Below, piece after piece: positions 18,980 through 30,580 of a stretch of DNA of 64,000 nt. Below the pieces are notes generated by a model. The model was not told the DNA's origin. It saw only the letters and a program-made list of their open reading frames with translations, and ran no database searches. Origin of the DNA: an uncultured Verrucomicrobiae bacterium (GTDB lineage Bacteria; Verrucomicrobiota; Verrucomicrobiia; Limisphaerales; Palsa-1400); assembly GCA_963764165.1 (NCBI GenBank), contig CAVXRD010000002.1, positions 832,001 to 896,000 of the forward strand, in the 5' to 3' direction. A program made the translations under genes and the position numbers. Position 1 is the first letter of the stretch. The number at the start of each line of letters is the position of its first letter.

Positions 18980-21570
18980 TGCAAGCGAATCTCTTTGCCA
19001 GGCTTTCCATCAAAAGCAAACAAATCGCGCTCCTCGTTCTGACGAGTTCGGTTGCGTTCCTGCTGGCGGCCACGGGTTTTGGCCTTTACGAATTGTTCAC
19101 GATGGAAGCCGATATGGAGTCGGAGCTGGCTGATCTTGCCCTCGACATCGGGCGCGCCAATTCCGGGCCGCTCCTCTTCAGCGATCCTGAGAAGGCGGAG
19201 GCCAATTTGCATCGTTATTTGCGCGACCACCGCGCCGTCGTGACGGCCTGCATTTATGATTCTCGGGAGCAAAAGCCTTTTGCAACCTATCCGGCGACGA
19301 ATTCCGTTCCCCCGCAATTCCCAGCCAGCTTGACCGCAAACGCCGGCCCCCGGAGTTCCTTTCAATTCTTTGCCGACAAACTGGAAGTTTTCAGCCTTGT
19401 GGTTGCGGGGGCCGACAACGGCGGGGAAGCCACCGTCGTCCCCATTTACCTCTGCTCGAGTCTCGATCCGCTTTACGCGCGCCTCGAGCATTACTGCGAA
19501 ATTGTGGTGCTGGTCTTTGCCGGTTCGATGGCGGTGGTGCTGTTGATTTCGTCGCGCTTGCAGCGGCTCGTGTCGGGACCGATTTTACATTTGCTTGACA
19601 CGACGAAGTCCTTCGGCGCCACCAAGGATTACGCCATCCGCGCCACCAAGAGCAGCAACGATGAATTGGGCGCTCTTATTGACAGCTTCAACGCGATGCT
19701 TGACCTGGTGCAGGAGCGCGATGTCGCGCTGCAAAAGGCGCGCGATGAATTGGAAAAACGCGTCGAGGAGCGGACGCTGGCGCTGAGGCAGGAAATTGGC
19801 GCCCGCATGGAAAGCGAGAAGGCGCTTCAGCAGCAATTGACGCGCATCAGCCTGCTCAACCACATCACCCACGCCATCTCCGAACGGCAGAATTTGCAGA
19901 GCGTGAATTACATCGTCCTCGATCAGTTGGAAAACCATTTGCCGGTCGATTTCGGGGCGGTGCTGCTCTTTGACGCGCGGGAGGACCGTCTGACTTGCGC
20001 GGCGGCGCGAACGCGGACCGATGGCGGCGTCAATTTTCCAAATGATCTCGTTCCGGGATCCACCTTCAATCCCGACGAACTGGGGCTGCGCGACTGCGTG
20101 CGCGGGCGGACGGTCTATCTTGGCAGTCAACCGGGCGAAACGGCGATGCGGCCGATTGCCCAGGCTGGATTTCGCTTTGCGGTGGCCAGCCCGCTGGTCG
20201 AGCAAAGCAACGCGCTCGGCATCCTCGTCTGCGCCCGCGCGAATCAGGAATTCAGCGCGGGTGAATGCGAATTTCTAAGAATGCTCAGCGAGCAAGTTGC
20301 GCTCGCCGCGCATCAAGCCGCGCTCTACACCCAGTTGCAGAAGGCTTACAACGACCTCCGCCAAACCCAGCAAAGCGTCATCGAGCAGGAACGCCTTCGC
20401 GCGCTTGGCTCCATGGCCAGCGGCATCGCGCACGACATCAACAACGCCCTTTCTCCAGTGGTCGTTTACTCGGAAATGCTCCTGCGGGATGACCACGGCC
20501 AATCCCCGGAAAATGTGAAGCGGTTCCTGCAAAATATTAAAACGTCCGGCGAAGACATCGCGCACATTGTCTCGCGAATGCGCGAATTCTACCGCCGCCG
20601 CGAGCAGGACGAAATGGTCTTCGCCTGCAACTTGAATGACCTGGCGATCCAGGTCGCTGATTTGACGCGGCCGCGCTGGCGCGACATTCCCCTCGCCCAC
20701 GGCTCTGTGGTGGAAGTCAAAACCGAACTCGAACCTTCGCTGCCGGACATCGCGGGCAACGCCAGCGAATTGCGCGAAGCCATCACGAATCTTGTCCTCA
20801 ATTCCGTCGATGCCATGCCATCGGGCGGAAGGATCCTTCTGCGCACGGCGACAGTTCTCCGCGAACCCTTCAAGGGCGAATCGGGCGCGCCGAGCCAGTT
20901 GATGATCGAAGTGCGCGACACCGGCATCGGGATGGACGAGGAAACGCGCCGGCGCTGCCTGGAGCCGTTTTTCACCACCAAAGGCAAGCGCGGAACCGGA
21001 TTGGGCCTGGCCATGGTTTACGGCGTGGCGGAACGTCACGAAGCGCGCATTGAAATTGAGAGCGCTCCCGGCAAAGGGACTTCGGTAAAGATGTTTTTCC
21101 CGGTGGCGCGCATCGCTCCCGCCCGGCCGGGCGTTCCCGGCCCGCTGCGCATCCAGGCCAGGCGGCTGCGCATTCTATGCGTCGACGATGAGCCGATGCT
21201 GCGGATGATGCTGAAGGAACTTCTGGAACTGGAAGGGCACGATGTCGAATTGGCTGATAACGGTGAAACTGGCGCCGCTGCATTCATGGAAGCCCGCGCT
21301 AAAAGCCCTTTTGACGTTGTCATCACCGATCTCGGCATGCCGCACATTGATGGCCGCCAGCTTGCCATCATCCTTAAGAAAGCCGCGCCCGAAACTCCGG
21401 TCATCATGCTGACGGGATGGGGCACCATGATGAAATCCGACGGTGATTTGCCCGCCCAGGTCGATTGGGTCTTGAGCAAACCGCCGCTCATTGACGAACT
21501 GCGCGAGGCGCTGCGACAGGTCATGCAGCGCGCGGTGTCAACATCACAGGGAGACAGAAAACCATCCTGA
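18979..21570 (+). CDS. Membrane hybrid histidine kinase (periplasmic sensor-HAMP-GAF-HisKA-HATPase-REC)
   Basis: Two TMs; HAMP DELGALIDSFNAML; GIAHDINNAL; FFTTKGKRGTGLGL; ILCVDDE receiver. Confidence 0.9.
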   Translation: MQANLFARLSIKSKQIALLVLTSSVAFLLAATGFGLYELFTMEADMESELADLALDIGRANSGPLLFSDPEKAEANLHRYLRDHRAVVTACIYDSREQKPFATYPATNSVPPQFPASLTANAGPRSSFQFFADKLEVFSLVVAGADNGGEATVVPIYLCSSLDPLYARLEHYCEIVVLVFAGSMAVVLLISSRLQRLVSGPILHLLDTTKSFGATKDYAIRATKSSNDELGALIDSFNAMLDLVQERDVALQKARDELEKRVEERTLALRQEIGARMESEKALQQQLTRISLLNHITHAISERQNLQSVNYIVLDQLENHLPVDFGAVLLFDAREDRLTCAAARTRTDGGVNFPNDLVPGSTFNPDELGLRDCVRGRTVYLGSQPGETAMRPIAQAGFRFAVASPLVEQSNALGILVCARANQEFSAGECEFLRMLSEQVALAAHQAALYTQLQKAYNDLRQTQQSVIEQERLRALGSMASGIAHDINNALSPVVVYSEMLLRDDHGQSPENVKRFLQNIKTSGEDIAHIVSRMREFYRRREQDEMVFACNLNDLAIQVADLTRPRWRDIPLAHGSVVEVKTELEPSLPDIAGNASELREAITNLVLNSVDAMPSGGRILLRTATVLREPFKGESGAPSQLMIEVRDTGIGMDEETRRRCLEPFFTTKGKRGTGLGLAMVYGVAERHEARIEIESAPGKGTSVKMFFPVARIAPARPGVPGPLRIQARRLRILCVDDEPMLRMMLKELLELEGHDVELADNGETGAAAFMEARAKSPFDVVITDLGMPHIDGRQLAIILKKAAPETPVIMLTGWGTMMKSDGDLPAQVDWVLSKPPLIDELREALRQVMQRAVSTSQGDRKPS

Positions 21571-21601
21571 TAATTGCAATCCACCTAGCCCGCCTCTTAA
21601 A

Positions 21602-21700
21602 GGTAGCAACGCCTCGCCGAGGCGTCCGGGGACTTTCACAAATCCGAACGTGTTCGAAAAACGCCATAGCCTCGGACGCCTCGGCGGGGCGGCCCTGCCT
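21602..21700. repeat. GTAG-type REP pair (REPIN-like)
   Basis: ggtagcaacgcctcgccgaggcgtcc facing ggacgcctcggcggggcggccctgcc; the same palindrome family recurs at 49209-49231. Confidence 0.65.
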
Positions 21701-21725
21701 TGAAATCTAGGCGCGCTGCCTCTCG

Positions 21726-24572
21726 TTATGGCAAGCCAAGCCGGAAAAAGACGGCGGGCTGGGCCTGGATATTCGTCTCGATAAAGATGCCGGTGCCGAC
21801 GGAAGTCGCCGCGTTGGTGGCGATGGTTTGCCAAATCACGGGCGGGCTCAGGTTTGTCGTGGATTGCAGCACGTAGTTTGTCCCCGGCCCTCCGGTGAAT
21901 TGGACGATGAGGGTGTTCGTGTTAAATAGTGTCAGGGTCAGCGGCGCGAGCGGCGGCGGCGGTGGGGGCGGCGGCATCAGGACCGTTACGTCGATCACCG
22001 CGCTGGTCACACTCCCAAACGGCCCTGTCACCACTAAATCGTAGGCTCCCGCTTCGTTGGTTGTCAGTGGCGCGAGTGGCAGACTTGGGCCGAAGGCCGG
22101 GATTTCACGGATGCGGCTGTCGCCTGTGTCCGCAATGTAAAGGCTGCCGAACATGTCCGCCGCAACGCCGTAAACGTTGCGCAATCGCGAATTCGTCGCG
22201 GGACCGCCGTCGCCCGAGTACCCGAAACCCGCATTGCCCGCCACGGTTGAAATGATTCCGCTTGGCGTCACTTCGCGGACGTGCTCCGTGCCGTCAGCGA
22301 TATACAAATTGCCTAGGCCGTCGGCGGAAATCGACTGTGGCGCTTCGAAGAAGGCGTTCGTCGCCGCTGCTCCATCCCCGTAATAACCGGCCGCGCCATG
22401 GCCAGCCACCGTCAGAACGACACCGTCGGGTGAAATTCGGCGGACGCGGATGTTTCCGGCATCCGCGACAAAAAGATTTCCCAGCACATCCAAAGCGACG
22501 TCCGACGGATGCGAAAAGCTGGCGGCCAGCGCCGGTCCGCCATCGCCGAAGTAGCCGTTGGTGCCTGTGCCGGCAATGGTGGTAATGATTCCGTTCGTGC
22601 CGACTTTGCGAATCCGGTTGTTGCCCATGTCGGCGATGAAGACGTTGCCAGATTGATCAATCGCCAAGCCACTCGGGTCGGCGAGATCCGCGTTTGTCGC
22701 AGCGCCACCGTCGCCGAAAAAGCCGTTTGTTCCGTCACCTGCGAATGTTGAGATGACACCGTTGGTGCTGACCACGCGGACGCGGTCGTTGGCCTCATCC
22801 GCAATATAAATATTGCCAGCGGGATCGATCGCCACAGCAGCGGGATTGAAAAGGCTGGCATTCGTGGCGGGGCCGCCGTCGCCGGAAAATCCACCGTCGC
22901 CGTTGCCCGCAATCGTCGTGATTATTCCTGCGGAGTCCACTTTCCGAATCCGGTTATTGGCGGAATCGGCGATGTAGAAATTTCCCATTTGATCGACGGC
23001 AACGGAACCGGCGTAAATCTCCGCGTTGGTGGCGAGGCCGCCGTCGCCTGATTCGCCATTGGTTCCATTCCCTGCCACGGTAATAATTGGAACTGGGATG
23101 TTGCTGCCATTCAGTTGCCATTGAAATTGCAGCGGCCCCATGTTGCTGATCGAGACGCTCAATAGCACGTTGCTGCCCGCAAAATTGGTCACGCTTTCCG
23201 ATTCTCCAAGAAGCACCGGCGGTGTTCCAAGCAGCAAAAATGCATCCGCGCTGGTCACTTTGCCATACGGGCTGGTCACGACCACATCATAGGCGCCGAC
23301 ATTGGATGGCGAGGCATTCGAGATTGAAAATGCCGGGCCTTGCGCCACCACTTCGCGGACACGCGAATTGCCAGCGTCCGCGATGAAAATATCACCGCGG
23401 GAATCAACCGCGGCGTCCATGGGCGCGCTTAATTCCGCCAGCGCGGCGGGTCCGCCGTCGCCAAAATCGCCATTCGTTCCAACACCCACCGCCGTTGTCA
23501 GCAAGCCGGTCGGCGAAAGTTTCAAAACGCATTCGTTTGAGGCATCAGCGATGTAAAGACGGCCGACCGCATCCAGAGCCAGCCCTTCCGGCAAACCGAG
23601 AGCCGCGTTTGTGGCGGCGATTCCATTGGTAATCGGCCCGTTTGTTCCGGTTCCGGCAATTGTCGAAATGACTCCATTCGTGCCGACTTTTCGGACGCGA
23701 TAGTTCTGTGTGTCCGAAATGTAAAGATTGCCAACTGAATCCACGGCCAGCCCGCCCGGGTGCGATAGGTTCGCATTGGTCGCCGGGCCGCCATCGCCGA
23801 AAAAGCCGTTTGTTCCCGTGCCCGCCACCGTTGAAATGATGCCGTTGGTGCCAATTTTGCGAATGCGGTTGTTGAACGAATCCGCCACGTAAAGGGCGTT
23901 CGACGGGCCGATCACGACTGCCGTCGGATAGTAGAGCGCAGCGTTGGTCGCTTTGCCGCCGTCGCCGGAAAATCCGCTCGTGTTTGTTCCCGCGACTGTT
24001 GAAATGATGCCGTTTACCGCCACTTTCCGAATGCGGGAGTTTGTGTAATCCGCGATGAAAAGATTTCCCGACGAGTCAACCGTTACGAAGGCGGGATTTA
24101 CAGCCGTGTTCGTCGCCTGGACGCCGTCGCCGCTGTAATTCGTTTTGCCATTGCCGGCCACGGTGGTGATGATGCCGTTTGTGCCGACCTTGCGGACGAC
24201 TTCGTCGGCAAAATCGGCGATGAACAAATTATTCGAGGCGTCCACCGCAACGCCCCGGGGAAAGCTGAGCGCCGCGTTCGTTGCGGGGGAGCCGTTGCCT
24301 GAATAGCCGTTGGAGCCGTTTCCGGCCCCAGTGAAAATCAATGCCGGAATATTGGAGCCATTGAATTGCCATTGATAGTAAAACGGCCCGATTCCAGCGG
24401 CGGCGACCGTAAAAGTGCCGTTGGAGCCCGGCAGCAACGCCAGATCGGCGGGCTGCTGAATGATGGTGACCGGCGTTTGAGCGAGCACAACGGCGGGGAA
24501 AAGGGGAGCCATGGCCGCGAGAGCGGCCGTAAATAGAAGAGAATTCCTCCTGCAGTATCGTTTCGTTTCCAT
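21726..24572 (-). CDS. Secreted NHL-repeat protein with Ig-like domains
   Basis: Signal peptide; many IIT/STxAGxGxxGFxGDGGPATNAxL..P..VAVD..GNL(F/Y)IAD repeats; YQWQFNG Ig segments. Confidence 0.9.
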   Translation of the reverse strand: METKRYCRRNSLLFTAALAAMAPLFPAVVLAQTPVTIIQQPADLALLPGSNGTFTVAAAGIGPFYYQWQFNGSNIPALIFTGAGNGSNGYSGNGSPATNAALSFPRGVAVDASNNLFIADFADEVVRKVGTNGIITTVAGNGKTNYSGDGVQATNTAVNPAFVTVDSSGNLFIADYTNSRIRKVAVNGIISTVAGTNTSGFSGDGGKATNAALYYPTAVVIGPSNALYVADSFNNRIRKIGTNGIISTVAGTGTNGFFGDGGPATNANLSHPGGLAVDSVGNLYISDTQNYRVRKVGTNGVISTIAGTGTNGPITNGIAATNAALGLPEGLALDAVGRLYIADASNECVLKLSPTGLLTTAVGVGTNGDFGDGGPAALAELSAPMDAAVDSRGDIFIADAGNSRVREVVAQGPAFSISNASPSNVGAYDVVVTSPYGKVTSADAFLLLGTPPVLLGESESVTNFAGSNVLLSVSISNMGPLQFQWQLNGSNIPVPIITVAGNGTNGESGDGGLATNAEIYAGSVAVDQMGNFYIADSANNRIRKVDSAGIITTIAGNGDGGFSGDGGPATNASLFNPAAVAIDPAGNIYIADEANDRVRVVSTNGVISTFAGDGTNGFFGDGGAATNADLADPSGLAIDQSGNVFIADMGNNRIRKVGTNGIITTIAGTGTNGYFGDGGPALAASFSHPSDVALDVLGNLFVADAGNIRVRRISPDGVVLTVAGHGAAGYYGDGAAATNAFFEAPQSISADGLGNLYIADGTEHVREVTPSGIISTVAGNAGFGYSGDGGPATNSRLRNVYGVAADMFGSLYIADTGDSRIREIPAFGPSLPLAPLTTNEAGAYDLVVTGPFGSVTSAVIDVTVLMPPPPPPPPLAPLTLTLFNTNTLIVQFTGGPGTNYVLQSTTNLSPPVIWQTIATNAATSVGTGIFIETNIQAQPAVFFRLGLP

Positions 24573-24823
24573 AACTTTTTGACGTCACTTCGCCCTTTTT
24601 CCTGAAAGCGCGACCATACCTCCTGCTTTTAAAGCGCAAATTTAGACGATGGGAATGTTGTAACAGACCCCGTAAAATTGTCAACCGGGCAGCGAGAATG
24701 GAAAGCTGGCAGGGCGAGACCGCAAAAAAGGGTTTTGGCCGGCTCCGACTTTCGTCGAAACCGGCCAATCGCAAAACCCGCATCGATTTACAATCGATAC
24801 AAAACTGACTTCAGACGCTCCAG

Positions 24824-27800
24824 TTAAGGCTGGAGTCGATAGAACGTGCTCGGGCTTCCCGGTGGCACTGTATACAGATTCATGCCACTCGAATTGGTGG
24901 TAATAGACGGTGTGGGTACAATGTTCCAGACCGTTGCCGCCAAGTTCGTTGTAGATTGCAACTCAGCCCCACCGACCCCTGCTGGCCAAGTAATCTGCGT
25001 GACGCCGTTGCTTTTGGCGATCGAGAGGGTTACGATCGGCGTGTAGGAGAAGTCGCTCACGGTGAACAGGTCACCTGCTGGATAGTAATAGAATCCGGCG
25101 GGTTCAAGGAATATGCTTGTTCCGCAAGTGAAGCCCATATAGGCCGTCGTCTTGCCACCGACTGCGCTCTGCACGAAGTCCGGACCGACATTTGTTTCAT
25201 AAGTGGCAGTGATGCCAGTCACTTCGTTGCTATACGAAATGGTCATATTGGTTCCGTAATATGTGATCCAGATGTCCTGCGGATCCCCGCCGCTTCCCAT
25301 GTCACCCAAGGCGAACTGGGGAGAAGCGTTCGTGTCGTCCGTCGGTCCGATTCCGGTGGGTGAAGCAGGAGCCGCGAGGCCATTGGTCTGAATACCAGCC
25401 ATGTCACTGCCCATATCGAGTTCGAACTCGAAGCTGTTGGTGATCTGAACCAAGCTGGTCCAGTAGTTCACGCCCAAGGCTTCTCCGCAATCACCGCAAG
25501 CGTTCACTCCCAATGCATCGTTTTGGAACACGAAGGAGACGCCACCGACGTTATTGTTGATGTCCTCAAACACGTAGTGGACCTGGAAGCCTCCGACATA
25601 ATACTTTTGATTGAACCAGTAAGCGGTCGCCTCAATTTCGTTCGCGGTCGACAGTTGCAACACATTGTTGGAAATGGTCGGTGTAAAATACACGCCGCCA
25701 AATGGTGTCGATATAGCGCGAGCATTGCCGACGCCTGTATCCCCGGTGCTCGAATCCCGGAACTGAGGTTCGGTATCCACCACAACCGATCCAGACTCAC
25801 TGGAGACCCCGAACGAGTTGCTGGCATAATACGTGTAAGTGCCAGCGCTTTGCACTTGAACATTGGAAATGGTCAATGTAGCCGTCGATGAGCCACTGAT
25901 GACCGCGCCGCTGGAAAGGGCGCCGTCGGTCAGTTTGACACCGTTTGCATACCACGCGTTCGTGATCGGCGTCGGGCCGACTACGCCCACTGCCATTGTA
26001 AGCGTGGTTCCAACGTAGACGTAGACCGGGTTGGGCAACGGATTGTTGAGCACCGGTTTGTCGGTCGCCGTGAAGACGGTAGGCGTGCTCGTCACCACTC
26101 CATAGGAGTTGGAAACAACAAGCACATAAGTGGCCGAATCTCCCGCCGTTGGGCTGGTGATCGTCAATGTGCTGGTGGTTGTGCCGGAGAACTCGGAACC
26201 GCTCAACGGTGTTGCACCGCCGTTGGTGGACCAGTAGTAGGAGAGGGTCGGGCTCCCTTTGACCGTGGCCGAGATGTTCGTGGTCGAGCCCAGCGGAACG
26301 ATCTCGGTGGACGGCGGTTCGGTCACGAAGTAAGGCTTGACGCCCGCTGCGTAGTAGAGCGACTGCACTTGCGCCGCCGAGAGGCCATAGTTGAAAATAG
26401 CGACTTCCGCGATGTTGCCATCGAAGGCGCGATTCGTATAGTCCGGTGCTTCACCGATGGTGAAGTCCGAGAAGTTGACACCAGCGGCGACCCCGGAGTT
26501 GGCCTGGCTGTTGTTCTCGGCGCCGTCAATGTAAAGGGTTTCCTTAGATCCGTCGTAAGTTCCGACGACGAAGTGCCATTTGCCGTCGTTCAAGTCACCG
26601 GCAGGCGGCACGCCATCAAGATCATTGCCGCTGCCCGCGAGATCGTCGCCAAAATGCACCAAGTCAGAAGCAGTGCCATCGACGTCGATTCTGTACGATT
26701 CATCGCCACGCCCAGCAACCGTTTCAAAGCGGCCATCGCTCGGCTTGGCCTGAAGCCACAACGCCAGGGTGACGGGCCCAACGTCATTGAGCAAGTTATT
26801 CGGATCCGGGACATCAACGAAACCAGCCAGACCAACGCCGCCATTGCCATCCGCAACATAATTGGTGGAATTGAACGCCGTCGCCTTCGAAGAAGGGAAG
26901 CCGGGGAAGCTTGGGCCAGCCACCGCGCCAGGATGAGTGCCGGGCAAATAGTATCCATTGTCGCTGAAACCCGCCGAACCGTAATTCGTCGCGACTGGAT
27001 CGTTGGTTTCGGGCAAATTATAGTTTGTGCCCGGTGTATTCGTTTCGTTCAGCGGCCAGTAGCCAATTGGCCCGAGAGCCGTGACAGCCGCGAAGTAGGT
27101 GCCGGGGAGGGAAGGAACGACATCGAGCGTGGCCGTGGCGCTGGTTGTCTGCTGTGGCGTTGCTTCGCTATCGGTCACTACCACATAGTAGCCACCGTCG
27201 GAATTTGTCGTGACATCGGTCAGGGTCAGCGTGGGGCCAGTGCTCAGCGCCCCATTTGGCCCGTACCATTGGTAGCTCAACGTTCCGTAACCCTGAGCCG
27301 CCACTGAGAAGGTCACCGTCTCACCATTGGTTGCATTGAGGCTGACAGGCTGCGTGGTGATGATCGGGGCCACTCCCGTTACTCCTGAAGCGAAGTAAAG
27401 GTTGATGATCTGATTCTGGCTCAGCGAGTTGGTGAAAAGCGCCACTTGGCAGAGGCTGCCGCCATCAAAATTGCGACCGACATAATCGGGTGCCGCGCCG
27501 AGGTCGAGGACGTTGGTATTAAACGTATTGGCGGTGTTGCCGCTGGATTGGGCCACAACGGCACCGTCAATGTAGAAGCTTACCACATTAGAGCCATCCC
27601 AAGTGCCGACCCAGTAGTGCCAGCCGCCGTCGCTTAGAGCATTAGGATCGGTGAGGTCACCGAAGCCACCCGGATTCCAGTGAGGATTCTCGGTCGTGTC
27701 AACGTCAAAACGATACGACGAATCACCTTTGCCCAATACTGTTGAGAAAGCTGTCGGGGTGTAGGGAACCAAAACCCATGCTGAAACCGTAAGAGGAGTA

Positions 27801-28906
27801 TTGGCCGTCATTCCAATCGGCAGAGACGCCGCGCCAGGATCGAGAACAGTGGCGCCGTTCAAGCTCGCTGTCCCGCCCGGGAACTGCACAGCATAGCTGC
27901 TGGCACCGAAGCCGGCAAAAGCAGGACCCGCCGTTCCAGGCGTGGTTCCAGGTTGATACGATGCATTGGCGACTGATCCCGCAGTGCCGTAGTTGGTGGC
28001 AACCGGGAGAACGCCATCATCCAGCTTGAAATAAAGCTGGGGCGCATCCGCAGTCACGAGGGAGGAATAAGCTCCAGCGGCGCCACTGATGGCGGCCGCA
28101 TACTTATTGGAGATATCCGTCGCGGACAGAACCGTCGGATACAGAGCGACTTCGTCGAACGATCCAGGGTAGAAGAAAAACGAGCTGTCGCTGCGGCCAC
28201 CGATCCACAACGGGCCAGCCGTGCTGGGCGCGTATTCTGGATGCGATGCGTTTCTCGTGGAACTTGCATTGCCGGAAACCGCCACACCGTTCACGTAACC
28301 TTGCGCGGTTGCGGTGGTGCCGTTGTCCGAGAAGGTCAGCACAACATAATACCAAGTGTTGGCAAGAATGTGCCCGCCAGGAACAGGAATGTTGTAATTT
28401 ATCGCCGTGGCGGTGCCATTGCCATTGTAGGTGCGGAAATTAAAGCTGCCCACTTCGTTGCCGTCTGTATAAAAAAGCCAGCCGTGGCGGGGGCTTGCGG
28501 GATCGACGCAGTTAATAATGCAATCTTCTCCCGGATCCTGGTTCAACGAGTTGAACCAGAACTCGACCGTGAAATTGGTGTTGCCTGCGTATGCTGTGTC
28601 ATACGGGACCGTGATCGTGGCTTCGTCAACCGCAATGTAGGCCGCCTTGTCGCCTCCCGTGATCGCGCCCGGAGCTCCAGGATAGGCGCCTTGGTTGTAA
28701 GTGCCGTCGTCGGCAGAGCCCAAGGTCCCCAAATTATTTGCGGTCAATGAACCCGGCGGTTGAGCGGTTTCGTTCAACGGCAGGTAAAGAACCGGGTGAA
28801 GATTGGTGACGGCGGAATAATAAGCACCCGTTTGGGCTTGCATCGCCGTCGTGCCCGCAAGGGCAGCGAGGGCGGTGATTGAAGTTACAAGTAGATTTTT
28901 GCGCAT
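24824..28906 (-). CDS. Large secreted protein with multiple LamG-like jelly-roll and Ig domains
   Basis: Start MRKNLLVTS with signal peptide; repeated LamG cores (WHFVVGTYDG..LYIDG; FDGNIAEVAIFN); Ig YQWY motifs. Confidence 0.88.
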   Translation of the reverse strand: MRKNLLVTSITALAALAGTTAMQAQTGAYYSAVTNLHPVLYLPLNETAQPPGSLTANNLGTLGSADDGTYNQGAYPGAPGAITGGDKAAYIAVDEATITVPYDTAYAGNTNFTVEFWFNSLNQDPGEDCIINCVDPASPRHGWLFYTDGNEVGSFNFRTYNGNGTATAINYNIPVPGGHILANTWYYVVLTFSDNGTTATAQGYVNGVAVSGNASSTRNASHPEYAPSTAGPLWIGGRSDSSFFFYPGSFDEVALYPTVLSATDISNKYAAAISGAAGAYSSLVTADAPQLYFKLDDGVLPVATNYGTAGSVANASYQPGTTPGTAGPAFAGFGASSYAVQFPGGTASLNGATVLDPGAASLPIGMTANTPLTVSAWVLVPYTPTAFSTVLGKGDSSYRFDVDTTENPHWNPGGFGDLTDPNALSDGGWHYWVGTWDGSNVVSFYIDGAVVAQSSGNTANTFNTNVLDLGAAPDYVGRNFDGGSLCQVALFTNSLSQNQIINLYFASGVTGVAPIITTQPVSLNATNGETVTFSVAAQGYGTLSYQWYGPNGALSTGPTLTLTDVTTNSDGGYYVVVTDSEATPQQTTSATATLDVVPSLPGTYFAAVTALGPIGYWPLNETNTPGTNYNLPETNDPVATNYGSAGFSDNGYYLPGTHPGAVAGPSFPGFPSSKATAFNSTNYVADGNGGVGLAGFVDVPDPNNLLNDVGPVTLALWLQAKPSDGRFETVAGRGDESYRIDVDGTASDLVHFGDDLAGSGNDLDGVPPAGDLNDGKWHFVVGTYDGSKETLYIDGAENNSQANSGVAAGVNFSDFTIGEAPDYTNRAFDGNIAEVAIFNYGLSAAQVQSLYYAAGVKPYFVTEPPSTEIVPLGSTTNISATVKGSPTLSYYWSTNGGATPLSGSEFSGTTTSTLTITSPTAGDSATYVLVVSNSYGVVTSTPTVFTATDKPVLNNPLPNPVYVYVGTTLTMAVGVVGPTPITNAWYANGVKLTDGALSSGAVISGSSTATLTISNVQVQSAGTYTYYASNSFGVSSESGSVVVDTEPQFRDSSTGDTGVGNARAISTPFGGVYFTPTISNNVLQLSTANEIEATAYWFNQKYYVGGFQVHYVFEDINNNVGGVSFVFQNDALGVNACGDCGEALGVNYWTSLVQITNSFEFELDMGSDMAGIQTNGLAAPASPTGIGPTDDTNASPQFALGDMGSGGDPQDIWITYYGTNMTISYSNEVTGITATYETNVGPDFVQSAVGGKTTAYMGFTCGTSIFLEPAGFYYYPAGDLFTVSDFSYTPIVTLSIAKSNGVTQITWPAGVGGAELQSTTNLAATVWNIVPTPSITTNSSGMNLYTVPPGSPSTFYRLQP

Positions 28907-29509
28907 AGGTTTATTAACAATTCTGTGCGCGCTGTTTGTGGAATTTATCCAACCCTGCAGCCGGCTTAAAATGGGTTGTATCCACCCATCTTTAATGAAC
29001 AACAATTCCGCCAACACAACGCGCCCAACTTGACCAGCATTTCAAATTGGCAGCGGAATGCAAGATTAATTGCACTAGTTCGATGACAAAACAAGTGCGG
29101 CGAAGGAGGATAAAATTCGCAACACTCTAATATGGAACAATATACGCATATATCAGTTGCGCCACGGATTGTCACCTTTTTGTAATCCGCCCGCGACGTG
29201 CCGGAGGCGCTTTGGCGCCTAAATCATGGTGTTTCAGCCATCCGGAACGCTTTCTCTCAAGCTCCCATGGGTCGCCGCGTTGCGCCGCTTCCGGCCGTGT
29301 TCTCACCTACCCAAACGCCATAGTTGAAACACGGACACGGGGATTTTGTTGCACGGGAATTTGCTGAATTTTCCCAAATCGGCCCCGGGCAGCGAGAATG
29401 CCGCCGACGGCGCCCGATGCAGCGAGGAGCACCATCCCAAAATTGCCGGTTCCTTTTCACGCTTGGAAATTTCTCTTTTCCCGCGCCGGGATTCATTTAA
29501 TGTTACAGT

Positions 29510-30580
29510 GTGATTGATTCGGGCGCCAAAATGGCTGAATTCCTGCCGGAGCTCCGAGCCGCTGATTGGGTGGCCTTGGACACGGAGGCCGACAGCCTGC
29601 ACGCGTATCCCGAAAAACTTTGCCTCATTCAGATCACCACCGCCGCCGGCGACCGGCTCATCGACCCCCTCGCGAATCTCGATCTGCAGCCCCTGTGGCC
29701 GGAGTTGAAGAAACACCGGCTGATCATGCATGGGGCGGATTACGATCTCCGCCTCCTGAGAAAAAATCACGCCTTCGTGCCGAATCGAATCTTCGATACG
29801 ATGCTGGCCAGCCGCTTGCTGGGCATACGCGAGTTCGGCCTCTCGAATTTGCTTCAAAAAAATCTGGGCATCGTTCTTGAGAAAGGCTCGCAAAAGGCCG
29901 ATTGGTCCCGCCGCCCGTTGACGCCGCGCATGGAGGAATACGCCCGCAACGACACCCATTACCTCAAGCCGCTGTCGGATTTGCTGGCAGAGCAATTACG
30001 CTTAAAAAACCGCCTGGCATGGCTTGAGCAGTCGTGCGACCGCCTCATCGCCGAATGCGCGGTGGCCAGCCCCGCATCGCCCGACCTTGTCTGGCGGATT
30101 CGCGGCAGCAACAAACTGGAGCGCGCCAGCCTGGCGGTGCTTAGGGAAATCTGGCATTGGCGCGAGCAGGAAGCCATTGCGGGAAACCGCCCGCCGTTTT
30201 TCGTACTAAGCCACGAGACGCTTATAGAAATTGCCGCCGCCGCGACGACGCACGGGCAGGTGGAGAATCTTTTGCCGCGCAATTTCTCCGCGCGCCGCAA
30301 AGATGGGTTGCAGGAGGCCATCCAGCGCGGCTTGCAACTGGAGCCGGAAGAGCTGCCGCATCCGCTCCGTTTTCATTCGCACCGCCAAACTGAAGCCGAA
30401 CGCCGCCGTTTTCTGGAACTGGAAACCCAGCGCAACCAGGCAGCGGCCGAACTCGGCCTTGATCAAACCCTCATCGCCAGCCGCGCCACCCTGCTCGCCC
30501 TGGCCAGCGATTGGGCCCACCACAAATTGGAGTTAATGGATTGGCAGCGGGAACTCCTCACCACCATCCCCCACGAATGA
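29510..30580 (+). CDS. rnd: Ribonuclease D (3'-5' exonuclease plus HRDC)
   Basis: [45 protein letters not shown]. Confidence 0.9.
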   Translation: MIDSGAKMAEFLPELRAADWVALDTEADSLHAYPEKLCLIQITTAAGDRLIDPLANLDLQPLWPELKKHRLIMHGADYDLRLLRKNHAFVPNRIFDTMLASRLLGIREFGLSNLLQKNLGIVLEKGSQKADWSRRPLTPRMEEYARNDTHYLKPLSDLLAEQLRLKNRLAWLEQSCDRLIAECAVASPASPDLVWRIRGSNKLERASLAVLREIWHWREQEAIAGNRPPFFVLSHETLIEIAAAATTHGQVENLLPRNFSARRKDGLQEAIQRGLQLEPEELPHPLRFHSHRQTEAERRRFLELETQRNQAAAELGLDQTLIASRATLLALASDWAHHKLELMDWQRELLTTIPHE

